A DNA stretch of 64,000 nt, from assembly GCA_951406725.2 (NCBI GenBank), contig OX597836.1, positions 10,726,001 to 10,790,000 of the forward strand, in the 5' to 3' direction. Within the stretch, counting starts at the first letter, position 1; each line of letters opens with the position of its first letter. The notes under the pieces are model-generated. The model was given only the letters and a program-made list of their open reading frames with translations, was not told the origin of the DNA and searched no databases. Made by a program: the position numbers and the translations under genes. The stretch comes from Octopus vulgaris (Eukaryota). Shown here one piece after another: positions 1 to 14,326 of the stretch.

Positions 1-289
1 CTGAGCTTCTCAACCATTGCTGGGATTTTTCTTTGTCTATTTCTTTTGCGTTTAGTTTAATGCAGTATTTACCATGAAGGGGCTTTTCTTGCCATCGTTT
101 TATCATGGTTCGTTGCTGTTCTATTTTTATTTTGGATTTCATTTGTTTTATAGCTTTTGTTGTTTCTTCATCATCTTCTTCTTCTTTGTGTTTATTAGGT
201 GGTATGATTTCTTGTTTGTATTTGTCAGCTTCCTTAAATACTGAGAACAGTTTTTTGTTTTGCTCGTGTTTTGCTGTGTTTTGCTCGTG

Positions 290-290
<1 letters not shown>
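1..290 (-). pseudogene. R4/Dong-clade non-LTR retrotransposon, 5'-truncated ORF fragment running off the window start
   Basis: Manual minus-strand translation gives KHEQNKKLFSVFKEADKYKQE...MIKRWQEKPLHGKYCIKLNAKEIDKEKSQQWLRSS. The WxxKPLHGxY...IDxxxSxxWL segment is typical of R4/Dong ORFs. The 5' end abuts (TAA)n at 291-371. Confidence 0.8.
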
Positions 291-352
<62 letters not shown>

Positions 353-371
353 GTTGTTGTTGTTGTTGTTA

Positions 372-859
372 TTGAGTGAGAGAAATGTGACCCTGGGATA
401 CCAATATACGAAACCCAGTATACCCATCATGACTACCCGTCTGATAAGGGTACACCAGGCACATGCATAACAAACATATGTGCACGACATGGTGATCTCA
501 TATCAAGAATAACAGTGCGTGACCTCGCAGGTGGGGCCCAGTTAGAATTTCCTACAGGTCGTGTAGACCATGCCGCTCGAAAGGTCCCTGAATAAGGGTT
601 GTTTAAGGATGTTGAACGAAACACCCATGTTTCCAAAGGTGAATTATCCAAAGCTCTAAGAATTCCTTTCAACACACGGTTATGATGCTCTCCCACTACT
701 TCTGCTCGTGATCAGAGATGCACATATCATCAGCCACTAAGGGACATGCTCAACTGGTTATGGTCAAACAACTGATAAGCAAATCTGTGGTATTGAGCAG
801 AATATTTGCTGTAACCCATCTTTTATATACCAAGACAAAACAATGTACATGATAACACT
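372..859 (-). mobile_element. Non-coding TAA-associated retroposon (copy 1)
   Basis: Clearly homologous to 36198-36669. Both copies end at CTCACTCAA followed by (TAA)n on the minus strand and differ at the other end. Confidence 0.75.
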
Positions 860-1477
860 CTATCCATACCGAAAAATACTTTGTAATATTTATTGATTTT
901 AAAATTAATAATTATTTTCCCTTATATTTGTAATGAAATTTTTCACTCCCTTATAACAAACCGCAGTTCTCTTTCTGCGGTACTATCTTGTGACGCACAT
1001 GGTAATCTTGGAGGGATAATACGAATTCATTCGTGTATATGGATTTAGACGTGCTGACTATCTTCTGTTGTTTCCGATGGCGCTGGATCGGGATGCAAAG
1101 GGTAGGTTCAGAGCATTTGCAAATTTATAAATTATCGAATTATTTTGTTGATGACGTGAGTGAATTTGTAACCCAGAGTGAATTTCTAACCCAGAAACGC
1201 GTCCACTATTAATCGAATACTGTTTGATTTCGTTATTTTTCTTCTTTTGCCTAAGTGAGTTACAAGTAATGTTATCTGTGGAGTAATATCTGTAGCAAAA
1301 GGAATAAGCAGTCTAAATTTTCGGTATGTGGTTAAGCAACTTGTTGCTTAACCTTAATTATATTTATATAAATAAAAAACTTTTTGTAAAAGTTCCTACC
1401 GAAAATGGTTCTCTTTCCATACCGAAACTAATTGGTAATATTTATCAATTTTAAAATTAATAATTATTTACCCATAT
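859..1477 (+). mobile_element. Penelope-like non-coding relic with ~67-bp terminal direct repeats
   Basis: 859-926 resembles 1411-1477 (TCCATACCGAAA...TTTTAAAATTAATAATTATTT.CCC). Contains a hammerhead-like motif at 1148-1206 and ends in a TA-rich tract. Confidence 0.5.
1148..1206 (+). ncRNA. Degenerate minimal hammerhead-like motif
   Basis: TTGATGA...GAAA-CGCG-TC-CAC, with palindromic helix III (ACGCGT) and a GUC triplet. Helix II is disrupted by a ~20-bp tandem duplication and C3 is replaced by T. Confidence 0.45.
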
Positions 1478-1531
1478 ATATATACATTTATATATATGTT
1501 TTGTGTATATGTGCACTCTATCATATATATC

Positions 1532-1920
1532 GTGGTACTCCGTCGGTTGCGACAACGAGGGTTCTAATTGATCCAGTCAACAGAACAGCCTGCTCGTGAA
1601 ATTAACGTGCAAGTGGCTGAGCACTCCACAGACACGTGTACCCTTAACGTAGTTCTCGGGGAGTTTCGGCGTGACACAGAGTGTGACAAGGCTGGCCCTT
1701 TGAAACACAGGTACAACAGAAACAGGAAGAAAGAGTGAGAGAAAGTTGTTGTGAAGGAGTACAGCAGGGTTCACCACAACCCCGCTGCCGGAGCCTCGTG
1801 GAGTTTTAGGTGTTTTTGCTGAATAAACAAACACTCACAACGCTCGCCCGGTCTGGGAATCGAAACCGCGATCCTACGACCACGAGTCCGCTGCCCTAAC
1901 CACTGGGCCATTGCGTCTCC
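1532..1920 (-). mobile_element. tRNA-derived SINE, head C + tail 1
   Basis: Minus strand starts GGAGACGCAATGGCCCAGTGGTTAGGGCAGCGGACTCG (A box), then GGTTTCGATTCCC (B box). Same head at 12942, 32186, 41887 and 44894. Confidence 0.9.
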
Positions 1921-2016
1921 ACACCATATATATATATATATATGTACGCGTGTGCTCTTTCATGTATATGTCCGTGTGTGCCTTACATACATGTATGTGT
2001 GTGTGTGTGTGGTGTG

Positions 2017-2064
<48 letters not shown>

Positions 2065-2888
2065 CTGCATGATGACTGTAAGTAACTCTTCTTTGTGTGA
2101 GAACATAATACAGAGCGTTATCGGTTTGGCTAGAGTAGTTTTTCTATAAAACTTTATTGTGCGATTTTGCTATTTATAAGTAAAAATGTGTCATTGGGCA
2201 AGTTTTTTCTTTTTTTTCTATTCATCAATTGAAACGTTAGTATAGTTTTATCACTGAAGAAGTAGGCTAATCATTTGAAGTTTCCTCTTTTTTTATTTTT
2301 CTGCTCCCTCCCCCCTGTCTCACCTTCTCTCTCTGCCTGTCTATTTCTTTCCATCTCTTCCTCTCTCTCTTCCTCTCTCTATTTCTCTTCGATTGAATTT
2401 TTGTCTTTCCGACATCAAATAGATTTTTATCAAAAGAAGCTATTTACCATGCTGCTGTTGTTGTAGTTGTTTCTTTTTTCTTTCCTTACTTCAAATAATA
2501 AATAAAGCTAGACAAACTTCTTTAAAACGTATGAAAAAAAAAAAAATGCCCGAAAATCGTTTAATATAGTAAATAACTCGAAAAAAAAAATTTTTTTTTT
2601 CGAATTTTCGCGGATGGCCTTTCAACTTCTAGTATGTACGAACGCAAAAAATTTTTTAACAGTAAGAATTCTCCTGATGCAATTATAATAACTGGAAATC
2701 AATATGGTTTGGTGATAATGAATATTTTGTTGCTGTTATTAATATTGTTCTTTAATTTCAAGTTTGCCCGTAACCAACAGTCTTCGGACCGAAGGTGTCC
2801 CATCTAGCCATCGACCATATCATCTTCAAAGCACTGGTAGTGTATATGAGACTTCATTATTTAATACACACACACATAAATAAATATA

Positions 2889-3060
<172 letters not shown>

Positions 3061-3157
3061 TTCAGCAAAAATTTAGATTCAAATGAATATGGTACTTAAT
3101 TTAGATGCACCAGAATTCTGTATGGTGTTATCCATATAAATCTGTGGGGTGATTATA

Positions 3158-3402
3158 ATCAAAATAAGCAACAAGAATGATTCCGGTAACCTGGTACGAT
3201 CGTTTCGTACTACATCATCTTATTAAATGTTGTAAGTATTACAACAGCTTTAAATTTTTTGTATTAATGGGAAACCTCTATAATTGGTTGATGAGTGCTC
3301 AGCATTTTAAAACTATTGTAATACTTACAACATTTAATAAAATGATGTAGTACGAAACGATCGTACCAAATTACCGGAATCATTCTTGTTGCTTATTTTG
3401 AT
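3158..3402 (+). mobile_element. Penelope-like relic with inverted partial duplication (~100-bp arms)
   Basis: 3158-3258 is the near-perfect reverse complement of 3304-3402. The right arm plus spacer carries a hammerhead fold and is followed by (TA)n. Confidence 0.7.
3284..3369 (+). ncRNA. Type I hammerhead-ribozyme-like motif (C3U variant) with long helix II
   Basis: Helix I TTGG(3284-87)/CCAA(3366-69); core TTGATGA(3288-94); helix II GTGCT/AGTAC extended by CATTTT/AAAATG and TTGTAA/TTACAA; GAAA(3354-57); palindromic ACGATCGT; GUA triplet. Confidence 0.6.
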
Positions 3403-3654
3403 ATATATATATATTAGAAAAAAACACCTTTTATCAATTCAAAATGAAGAATTAAATTACACCATCTAGAAAATTACATATAATAGAAATATTAAATATA
3501 AAATAACAATAATATACCGATGATTAAGTAATGTGCAAAATAATAAATAAAACGTATATACTTGGTATACATATACACATAAGTATATATGTGTATATGT
3601 ATGTATGTGTTTATGTATGTATAGAGTATTTGAAGTGGTGTACATATATTGTAT

Positions 3655-3850
3655 ACTCAGAAAAAGGAGGCAAAGTTATTTTGGATAATTTTACATTAGC
3701 TTTTCGTTCGTTGTTTAACTGAGATCGTCATGAAAAATTAAAACCAGAAAATAATTGTTTTGGGGTCTTAATTTTTGTTGAAAAGTTCGGTTAAACGAAC
3801 GAAAGCGCTAATAAAGAATTATCCAAAATTTTGACTGCCTCCTTTTTCTT
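3655..3850. mobile_element. Palindromic MITE-like element
   Basis: GAAAAAGGAGGCA..ATTTTGGATAATT..ATTAGC..TTTCGTTCGTT at the left is mirrored by AACGAACGAAA..GCTAAT..AATTATCCAAAAT..TGCCTCCTTTTTC at the right. Confidence 0.65.
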
Positions 3851-3936
3851 CATACACACACACACAATCATACACACACATACACACACACAATCATACA
3901 CACACGCACACACACATACAATCATACACACACACA

Positions 3937-3978
3937 CTATCAGAAGGAACATTAATACAATAATGTTCCTTCTGATAG
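3937..3978. other. Perfect 18-bp hairpin
   Basis: CTATCAGAAGGAACATTA-ATACAA-TAATGTTCCTTCTGATAG. Confidence 0.9.
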
Positions 3979-4773
3979 GTCACCATGCGATTTTCTTTAA
4001 TCAAGTTTCTCTTCACGAATTCCAGTCCTTATTGCAGTGTGGGGGCTGTGTGTCTCAATGACCCTTAGAACTCTGCCAGGCCAAAGAAAGAATAAATGCT
4101 AGAGTATTACGTACCTCTTACGCAAAAATCCAACACTGGTGACGGGTGGTGGTGGTTGAGGTGGGCAAACTCAGAATCAAAGACACGCACAAACGTACAC
4201 ATGCACACATATATATAGACACACTCACTTACCCACACACTAACACACACACATACATACGCACACACACACACGCGCACATATACGACGGGCTTCCGCA
4301 CAATGTCTGTCTTGCAAATTGTCTACAAGGCTTTGGAGATGCAACGCAAACAACACTGGGCCTGCAATCTCGTGGTTGCAAAGGGGGAAACTGAACCTAA
4401 AATATCAAATAAATAAATAAATACAAAAATAAATAAATAGATAAATATAAATTCTTCAATGCTCCCGTCCAACATTACCGTCATCATCATCATCATCATC
4501 ATGACGTTTGTCACATGACAATTATCTTTACTACAAAAAACGACAAAACGAAAAAATTATCACAAACTGAAAAATTACAAACGTTCAACTAATATAAATA
4601 ATTAAAAAAAAAAAATTTAAAAAAGGAAGAAAAAAATCAAATCAATTTTTTAAGAAGGAAAACAGGATAATGGCATTTTGGCACTTCAGTTATTAATCTA
4701 AAATGACAACATTGAAGATTTACGTCAAATTTGAAATAACAAATCGTGTATATATATAGATAAGTATATGTTT

Positions 4774-4833
<60 letters not shown>

Positions 4834-6130
4834 GTATATGCATGTATCTATGTATATATATATATTTGTATATATATATATATGTATCTGTATATATATT
4901 GTGCGTATGTGTAAGATAATATCCTTCCTACAAATGTAAGATAATATTTAAGATAATATCCTTGCTATATAACCGACGTATCATATCTATTGTGTATATA
5001 TTATTGTATATATAATGTACATTGCATATATATTGTATATTATATTCATTATATATATATATATACATATATAATTGATACACTATATACATTTATATGA
5101 TATATAATATATATTATATATTAAATATATATATATATATATACACACTTATATATATATGTATACGTAGGTATCGCAAAAGTATATAGATACTATTCGT
5201 TTTGCAGATACATGCATGTATATATATGTATGCATATATATATATATATATATATATATAGCAATATATATATATTTATATATGCCTATATATATATACT
5301 TATATATATAACATATATGCATATATGAATATACTATATATATGCATGTAAATATTTATACGCACGTAAATATACATATAGGCAAATAGATATTTATGTA
5401 TATATGCTTATATATGAGTGCTATCTATCTACATTGAAGATGCTTGAACATACACATCTATCCATCTATATATGTATATTTATATATATACATATGTGTG
5501 TGTGAGTGTGAGTATATATAGGTATATATATATATATATGCATGTATATATGTATGTATGTATGTATGCATGAATATATTTCATTCAGGGCAAACAAAAA
5601 ACACATCCTGGGTCAGAATTTACTCCCATCTTCACAAGCAATCACCGAGCAATCTCCAAAGATGTGACTTAAAGGTGATCCTTCGTTTTTGTTTAAGTTC
5701 TTCCTTCCCGATAATACTCAACACGAATAGACAATGAACGTAGTCAGTACACATACACAAACACACTCGCACGTACGCACGTACGCACCCACGCACGCAC
5801 GCACAGATGTGTTTATATATTATTATGCCTCATCGTGATAAAAAGGTCGGTAAGATAATAATGTTTCTTATCATTCTCGATGGAAAATTGAGGAAAAAAA
5901 AAAAAAAAGCCCTCGGAGCCTAATACATTTTAAAATATATATATATCTTGAAATTTGTATCTTGAACAATAATTTCGTGTTTTTCACCAATAATTTCTCG
6001 TGATAAACAGACTCTCTCCCACATTCATTCTCTCTCTCTGTCTTTCATTTCCCCACTGAATCTCAATCGCATTCCACTTCTTTTTCTCTCACTCTCTCTC
6101 CCTTTCTATACACACACACATACACATATA

Positions 6131-7036
<906 letters not shown>

Positions 7037-7054
7037 TCTCTCTCTCTCTTTATA

Positions 7055-7109
<55 letters not shown>

Positions 7110-7505
7110 CGCAAACACACATGCACACAATCGCAAACGTACGCATACTGGCATACCGATGCAGTGTCGATTTGTTTTTGTGTTCCCGAGTTTGAATCAC
7201 AGTCTTATGGGATATCATTTTTTAAAACAAAAAACTTAACGGTTAATGATCTTGTTATATTCACATTGTTTACCGATTCGCAGCTAATGATTGTCTGTAA
7301 AGAAGAAGCCTAATTAGGTCCCTGAATTCATAAATATTTCGTCGTAAATACAATAGTTTTACTGAGTTGCATTGCGATCGTTCTGTCAGCCTGTTTCTCT
7401 CTCTGTCTCTCTCTTTCTCATCTTCTCTCTCTCGCCCCTTCTCTAATTGAATACGCAATATATACGCGAATTATATCCTTTGTGTATATCTTAATGTATT
7501 ATGCA

Positions 7506-7540
<35 letters not shown>

Positions 7541-7546
7541 CATGTA

Positions 7547-7714
7547 ATCACGTGACCGACCAGGTTATCAGATGTTGTTACACATCGCTGGTCACAATGC
7601 GCTTCGCATTGTTTTAGCCTTCGAATGGCGCCACCCCGCTGGCTAAGCGAGCAAGCCAACAGAAGAAAGTGTGAGAGAAAGTTGTGGCGAAAGAGTGCAG
7701 CAGGGATCGCCAGC
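7547..7714 (-). mobile_element. 5'-truncated SINE, tail 2
   Basis: Matches the 3' parts of 31883-32186 and 44894-45203. Confidence 0.85.
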
Positions 7715-7772
7715 AAGTCCACTCACTATTGGGTTACCAATAGTTCAAGGTACCCGAAAATATACACGTATA

Positions 7773-8173
7773 GGCGCAGGAGTGGCTGTGTGGTAAGTAG
7801 CTTGCTAACCAACCACATGGTTCCGGGTTCAGTCCCACTGCGTGGCATCTTGGGCAAGTGTCTTCTGCTATAGCCCCGGGCCGACCAATGCCTTGTGAGT
7901 GGATTTGGTAGACGGAAACTGAAAGAAGCCTGTCGTATATATGTATATATGTGTATATGTGTATATGTTTGTGTGTCTGTGTTTTTACCCCTAGCATTGC
8001 TTGATAACCGATGCTGGTGTGTTTACGTCCCCGTCACTTAGCGGTTCGGCAAAAGAGACTGATAGAATGAGTACTGGGCTTACAAAGAATAAGTCCCTGG
8101 GTCGATTTGCTCGACTAAAGGCAGTGATCCAGCATGGCCGCAGTCAAATGACTGAAACATGTAAAAGAGTAAA
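7773..8173 (+). mobile_element. tRNA-derived SINE family A, full length
   Basis: GGCGCAGGAGTGGCTGTGTGG (A box), GGTTCAGTCCC (B box), CORE-like CTTGGGCAAGT, internal TA/TG microsatellite and GTAAAAGA tail repeat. Confidence 0.92.
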
Positions 8174-8376
8174 GTATCTCGGAAATCCGTGGTCCGAGTT
8201 ACGCAAAAATTGTGTTATTCCGTTTTTATTCACATTTCAATGGTATCTTGCTTTTAAAGCATTTTTTTTTGCATTATACGCCGATAAAGGTACCCGAAAA
8301 CACTACGCATCTCGGTAACCTGTGGTCTGATTTAGGCGGAATGTGTTTTATTCCGTTTGTATTCACATGAGTATCC
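8174..8376 (+). repeat. Old repeat units (ATCTCGG.AA.CC.TGGTC.GA..T...TATTCACAT); third copy at 10212-10277
   Basis: Three diverged copies at 8174, 8302 and 10212. The first is split from its AAGGTACCCGAAAA start (7748) by the SINE A insertion. Confidence 0.6.
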
Positions 8377-8609
8377 TATTTCTTTATTACCCACAAGGGG
8401 CTAAACACAGAGGGGACAAACAAGGACAGACATAGGTATTAAGTCGATTACATCGACCCCAGTGCGTAACTGGTACTTAATTTATCGACCCCGAAAGGAT
8501 GAAAGGCAAAGTCAACCTCGGCGGGATTTGAACTCAGAACGTAACGACAGACGAAATACCGCTAAGCATTTTGCCCGGCGTGCTAACGTTTCTGCCAGCT
8601 TGCCGCCTT
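8377..8609 (-). mobile_element. SINE family B monomer with 17-bp target-site duplication
   Basis: Head GGCGGCAAGCTGGCAGAAACGTTAGCACG, B box GAGTTCAAATCCC, 3' end AAAGAAATA. TSD TATTCACATGAGTATCC at 8360-8376 and 8610-8626. Confidence 0.92.
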
Positions 8610-8792
8610 TATTCACATGAGTATCCGTTCCATGATGCCTCCTGCTTTTGTCTCCCTCTGCTTCGCCAGACGCTCACATCTCCGAGCGTCCGATTCCTGA
8701 TCTCCCCTGCTCCTATCTCTCTCTCTCAGAAAGCTCAGCCCTTTATTTATCAGTTTCATCGATCCTTATATTCGCAAGCCTGTTCCGATCTT

Positions 8793-9279
8793 GGGGTAAG
8801 TATTTACGTAAAGGACCCGTTCGTACTTCGGTGTGAAATAATATTTTCCACAGTTTTTTTCGAGTGCATTCAACGTATTTCACCTCCAAACCTGCCGCAA
8901 GTAACATTCTTTCGCAAAAGAAAAGGGTGGATGTAGTGGAAGACTCGGTATTTCCTGGGAAACCCCAAGTTTCCTACCAACGGAGTTTTGGCTTCCCGGT
9001 TTTTTTCTCTTTTCCAGGTTATTTCGCATGCTTTCAACGAATGTGACATCGAAATCACGCGCAAATGGCTCCATTCCCCACCAAAGGAAATATTTGGCTG
9101 CTGTTTCTAGCACGCCCTACTACTACTACTACGTAACAGTTGTTTCGGCTCCTTTTCTGGAAAAAGCAGCTTGTGGCATGATTGGGGATCAGATACGTTG
9201 AATGCACTCGAAAAAATCTGTGGCAAAAAAATTATTTTACACCGAGGTACGAACCGGTCGTTTACGAAATATTTACCAA
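8793..9279. mobile_element. MITE-like element with ~130-bp imperfect inverted arms
   Basis: 8793-8926 matches the reverse complement of 9151-9279, e.g. TTCGAGTGCATTCAACGTAT / ATACGTTGAATGCACTCGAA. Confidence 0.75.
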
Positions 9280-9581
9280 CTTTTTAATTATTAAAATATT
9301 TTCTCTTTTAAAGAGAGCTGAAATATAAATACTCTCTGTTCAAACAATTTGTATTTTTAAAGTCATTTTCATTTTAAAATATCTTTTAAATATGCCAACA
9401 AAAAATTTTTATAATGGTATTCACTTGAAAATTATTTAAAAAATAATGAAAATATAGTCTGTTGAAAGAAAGCTAAAATATAAACACTTGCTATACAAAA
9501 TATTTTTAAAATCATATTCACTTAAAAATATTTCTAAATGATTAAAATATTGTTTTTAACAGAAGCGAAAAAAGAGAAACA

Positions 9582-9994
9582 TTTACTCTTTTACTCTTTT
9601 ACTTGTTTCAGTCATTTGACTGCGGCCATGCTGGAGCACCGCCTTTAGTCGAGCAAATCGACCCCGGGACTTATTCTTTGTAAGCCCAGTACTTATTCTA
9701 TCAGTCTCTTTTGTCGAACCGCTAAGTGACGGGGACGTAAACACGCCAACATCGGTTGTCAAGCAATGCTAGGGGGACAAACACAGACACACAAACACAC
9801 ACACATACAATTATATATATATACATATATACGACAGGCTTCTTTCAGTTTCCGTCTACCAAATCCACTCACAAGGCATTGGTCGGCCCGGGGCTATAGC
9901 AGAAGACACTTGCCCAAGATGCCACACAGTGGGACTGAATCCGGAACCATGTGGTTGTTTAGCAAACTACTTACCACACAGCCACTCCTGCGCC
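9582..9994 (-). mobile_element. SINE family A, full length
   Basis: Reverse complement of the 7773 copy, with the same subfamily diagnostics. Confidence 0.92.
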
Positions 9995-10365
9995 TATATA
10001 TTGAAAAAAAAAACTCATATTTTTTCGTTGGCAACTTAAAGTAACTAAGTCTTTTGCCCAGTAACTAAGCTTGTCTTCAAAATACAGAAGACTTTGATCA
10101 TAATCGAAAGATTAGAGTTTTCTTCCCTTTCAGGATTATGTTCTTTTCGGAGTATTTTTCCCATCATGCGCCGCTTTGAATATTTATGAATACCCCACAA
10201 ACCCCCCCCCCATATCTCGGGAATCCTTGGTCCGATTTATGCAAAACTTGTTTCATTCAGTTTGTATTCACATTTCAGGGGAGATTAATTCATAGTATCT
10301 TCCCATTATGTGCCAGCTTGGGCTGCATTAAATGACAGACGATGAAGTAAGCAATCAGAAAGTTT

Positions 10366-10634
<269 letters not shown>

Positions 10635-11112
10635 TAAATATTTGTTGTGCAAAATATTGGCTATAATATGACCATTCTGAAATATATATATAAATGTGAA
10701 TACAAACGGAATAAATATATGTATGTATATATAAATCAGGGACTTGCCGCGTAGAATAGATCGATAGCAACATTTGCTCTTTATGGCAAAATATACACCT
10801 AATTCAATAAAATTATGACGGTTACTCCGATTACTATGCATAAAATGCAAATTACATTATTTTTTTTTTGTAGATTAGGTAGGCATAATTCGACCCTGCC
10901 TTTCAATCTCAGTATTTAAGGTACGCATAGGAATGCTGTAGTACACGTGCTTTGTACATCAACACAACACCATTTTTTCTACGTGCTATAAAGGCAGCGG
11001 TAAATCTGCCTTCAACTCAGTCGCGTGCCTGTATTTCCCTTATTTGTTTGTGTTTTAATACATAAAGGTCATCAGATGCCTACCCTGAGTAATTACCGGC
11101 GGTACGTGCCTG

Positions 11113-11288
<176 letters not shown>

Positions 11289-11344
11289 TATATAATAAGT
11301 ACAATATATATATGATGTTTTACTTTTAGTTTCATGCCATGAAA

Positions 11345-11571
11345 GCATGACATTCTGAAATGTTCGTATTGGAGATTCGAACGTGAATGCTAAACAGTAC
11401 AGTATGTCGTTTCCTTATTTCTGGCAGAGTGAACTGCGTTACGGTGCTGTTTTTCTCACAGACGGTGCTCAACTGACCCGACAATACTGTGTAGTCGACA
11501 AAATCCAAAACATTGCGGATGTGCGAAAATAAAAATAGAAAATGGCAACAATTTACCCATTGCACCTTGTA
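11345..11571 (-). mobile_element. Tc1/mariner-type DNA transposon 5' end
   Basis: Minus strand begins TA-CAAGGTGCAATGGGTAAATTG (CAG/CAAGGTG-type TIR after TA), followed by a possible transposase N-terminal relic [15 protein letters not shown]. The same TIR tip recurs at 12605-12622. Confidence 0.5.
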
Positions 11572-12185
11572 TATACATACACACACACTAAATTTCACTG
11601 AGACGTCCTTAGTGGACCCGAAGTCTATGGTAATAAATATTTCCCCAAAGCAGTCAACAATGAAATCAAAGCCGAGAACCGGAAAATGAAAGCGGAGAAG
11701 TGAGACCACGGGGTGCAATACTAGATAAACTATAACTAGATAAACGACTAGCAGCTAAATCTCGATTCATAATATAGGAAACCACATTTACTAAACAGCA
11801 TTTAGTGAACACAAATCCGACTTGAAATCGCTGCCACTTCAGTGCTGCAAGAAACGCTATTACAAAACGTGTTTAAACATTTCTGAACAAACTGCGTATG
11901 ATATCACGCATTTGTAGTAAAAGCGCTCAAAGAAAAAACACGCGTTCATGAACATTCAGATAATTATGTTAGGTTTTCTTAACTGGCTGTTTAGAAATGG
12001 GTGCATGCAGTACAAAAATGTTTAACTGAATCCCCATTATTTCTTATTATTGAATGTTTAGTACGAGATAGGATATCTGTAGAAATATCGAATACATCTG
12101 TATGTGAACAGATTGAGTGCACATGAAGTTGTACGCGTACACTTACGCACATAGAGGAAACGATAGTCTTCTGTGTGTACGCATG

Positions 12186-12306
12186 TATACGTACGCATAC
12201 ATAAATACAACTGTGTATGTTGGTGTGTATGCAGATATATATATATATATATATATATATATCTGCATACTCACCAACATACACTGTTGTATTTATGTAT
12301 GTGTAC

Positions 12307-12311
<5 letters not shown>
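12186..12311. repeat. (TA)n-centred palindrome
   Basis: ~52-bp arms with 3 mismatches around a pure (TA)n core. Confidence 0.9.
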
Positions 12312-12357
<46 letters not shown>

Positions 12358-12389
12358 CATAACATAATATATATACATATATAATTTTA

Positions 12390-12437
<48 letters not shown>

Positions 12438-12489
12438 TATAAATATACATATATATATATATACATAGACTTAGTAATTTTAATATTTC

Positions 12490-12530
<41 letters not shown>

Positions 12531-12629
12531 TATAAATATACATATATATATATATAAGAAAATGACTTAGAGATTTTAATATTTCATCTAAATCAAATAT
12601 CAACTACCCATTGCACCTTGTATATACCT

Positions 12630-13275
<646 letters not shown>

Positions 13276-13417
13276 TACATACATATATATATAGGCGCAG
13301 ACGTGACTGAGTGTTAAGAAGCTTGCTTCCTAACCATATGGTTCCGGGTTCAGTCCCACTGCGTGCCACCTTGGGTAAGTGTCTTCTACTATAACCTCGG
13401 AAAATTTGAAACCATTA

Positions 13418-13499
<82 letters not shown>

Positions 13500-13501
<2 letters not shown>

Positions 13502-14232
13502 GTTTGACTTTTGCTTTATATTTGTACAAGTTGGCTCCAAGTCTCACCCTAGACCTCAGGAGATAACAGGTTGGAAGTTCACGTTGTTGTTATGACTAGT
13601 GTGCCATATATTTGGTTGTTTTTTGTGTTGTACTGGTGGATGTCTAAAAAAAAATGTTTGTTTTAAAACCTTGAGATTACATAGAAAGTATTTTGCGTAG
13701 GATATGAGCAGTTCCCATGAGCACTATCTTTTGAATTTCTGCCATTTTTGGGTTTCCTGGTATCTGAGTTAGGTAGCTATCAGCCCCTTTTGCTATCGTT
13801 CCCAGGGCACCTATGACAACAGGTATTGTTTTAGTCTTCAGGTTCCACATTTTGCTGATTTCTATTTCAAGATCTTTATATTTGCTCAGTTTTTGGTAGG
13901 TCTTGACAGATACGTTTATATCGATTGGGACAGTCATATCAATGAGGAGGCATGTTCTTTGTTTGAAGTCTTTCAATATGATGTCTGGCCTATTTGCATC
14001 TATCTTTCTGTTAGTTTGAATGGTGAAGTTCCAGAGGAGTGAGATGTGGTCATTTTCAAGCACTGGGGGTGGTTTGTGTTCCCACCAGTTTTTTTCATGA
14101 GGCAAATCCAGGTTTTTGAAGATTACCCAGTGAATATATTGTGCAGCTCTATCATGCCTGTTGAGATACTCTGTAGGCGCTAGAAGACTGCACTTGGAGA
14201 CAACATGATCAATGGTTTCATTTTGTTGTTGA

Positions 14233-14234
<2 letters not shown>
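13500..14234 (-). mobile_element. 5'-truncated R4/Dong-clade LINE inserted in (TAA)n
   Basis: Coding relic plus ~175-bp 3' UTR, with (TTA)n on both sides (13419-13499 and 14235-14318). Confidence 0.9.
13677..14234 (-). pseudogene. C-terminus of R4/Dong ORF: partial CCHC knuckle, RHD motif, restriction-like (REL) endonuclease
   Basis: Uninterrupted frame of 185 codons: CQQQNETIDHVVSKC..YLNRHD..WW..LLWNFTIQT..NRPDII..LLIDMTVP..KLSKYKDL..PVVIGALG. Confidence 0.92.
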
Positions 14235-14296
<62 letters not shown>

Positions 14297-14326
14297 GTTA
14301 TTATCATTATTATCATTATTTTTACT

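Noticed and set aside
10878-11084. 9-bp inverted ends GGTAGGCAT/ATGCCTACC suggesting a small hAT MITE
   Set aside because: The match is too short, and no TSD or second copy was found.
13677-14105. 142-aa ORF as a host nuclease gene
   Set aside because: The frame extends upstream to the TAA tract without an ATG. It is the truncated end of an R4/Dong LINE.
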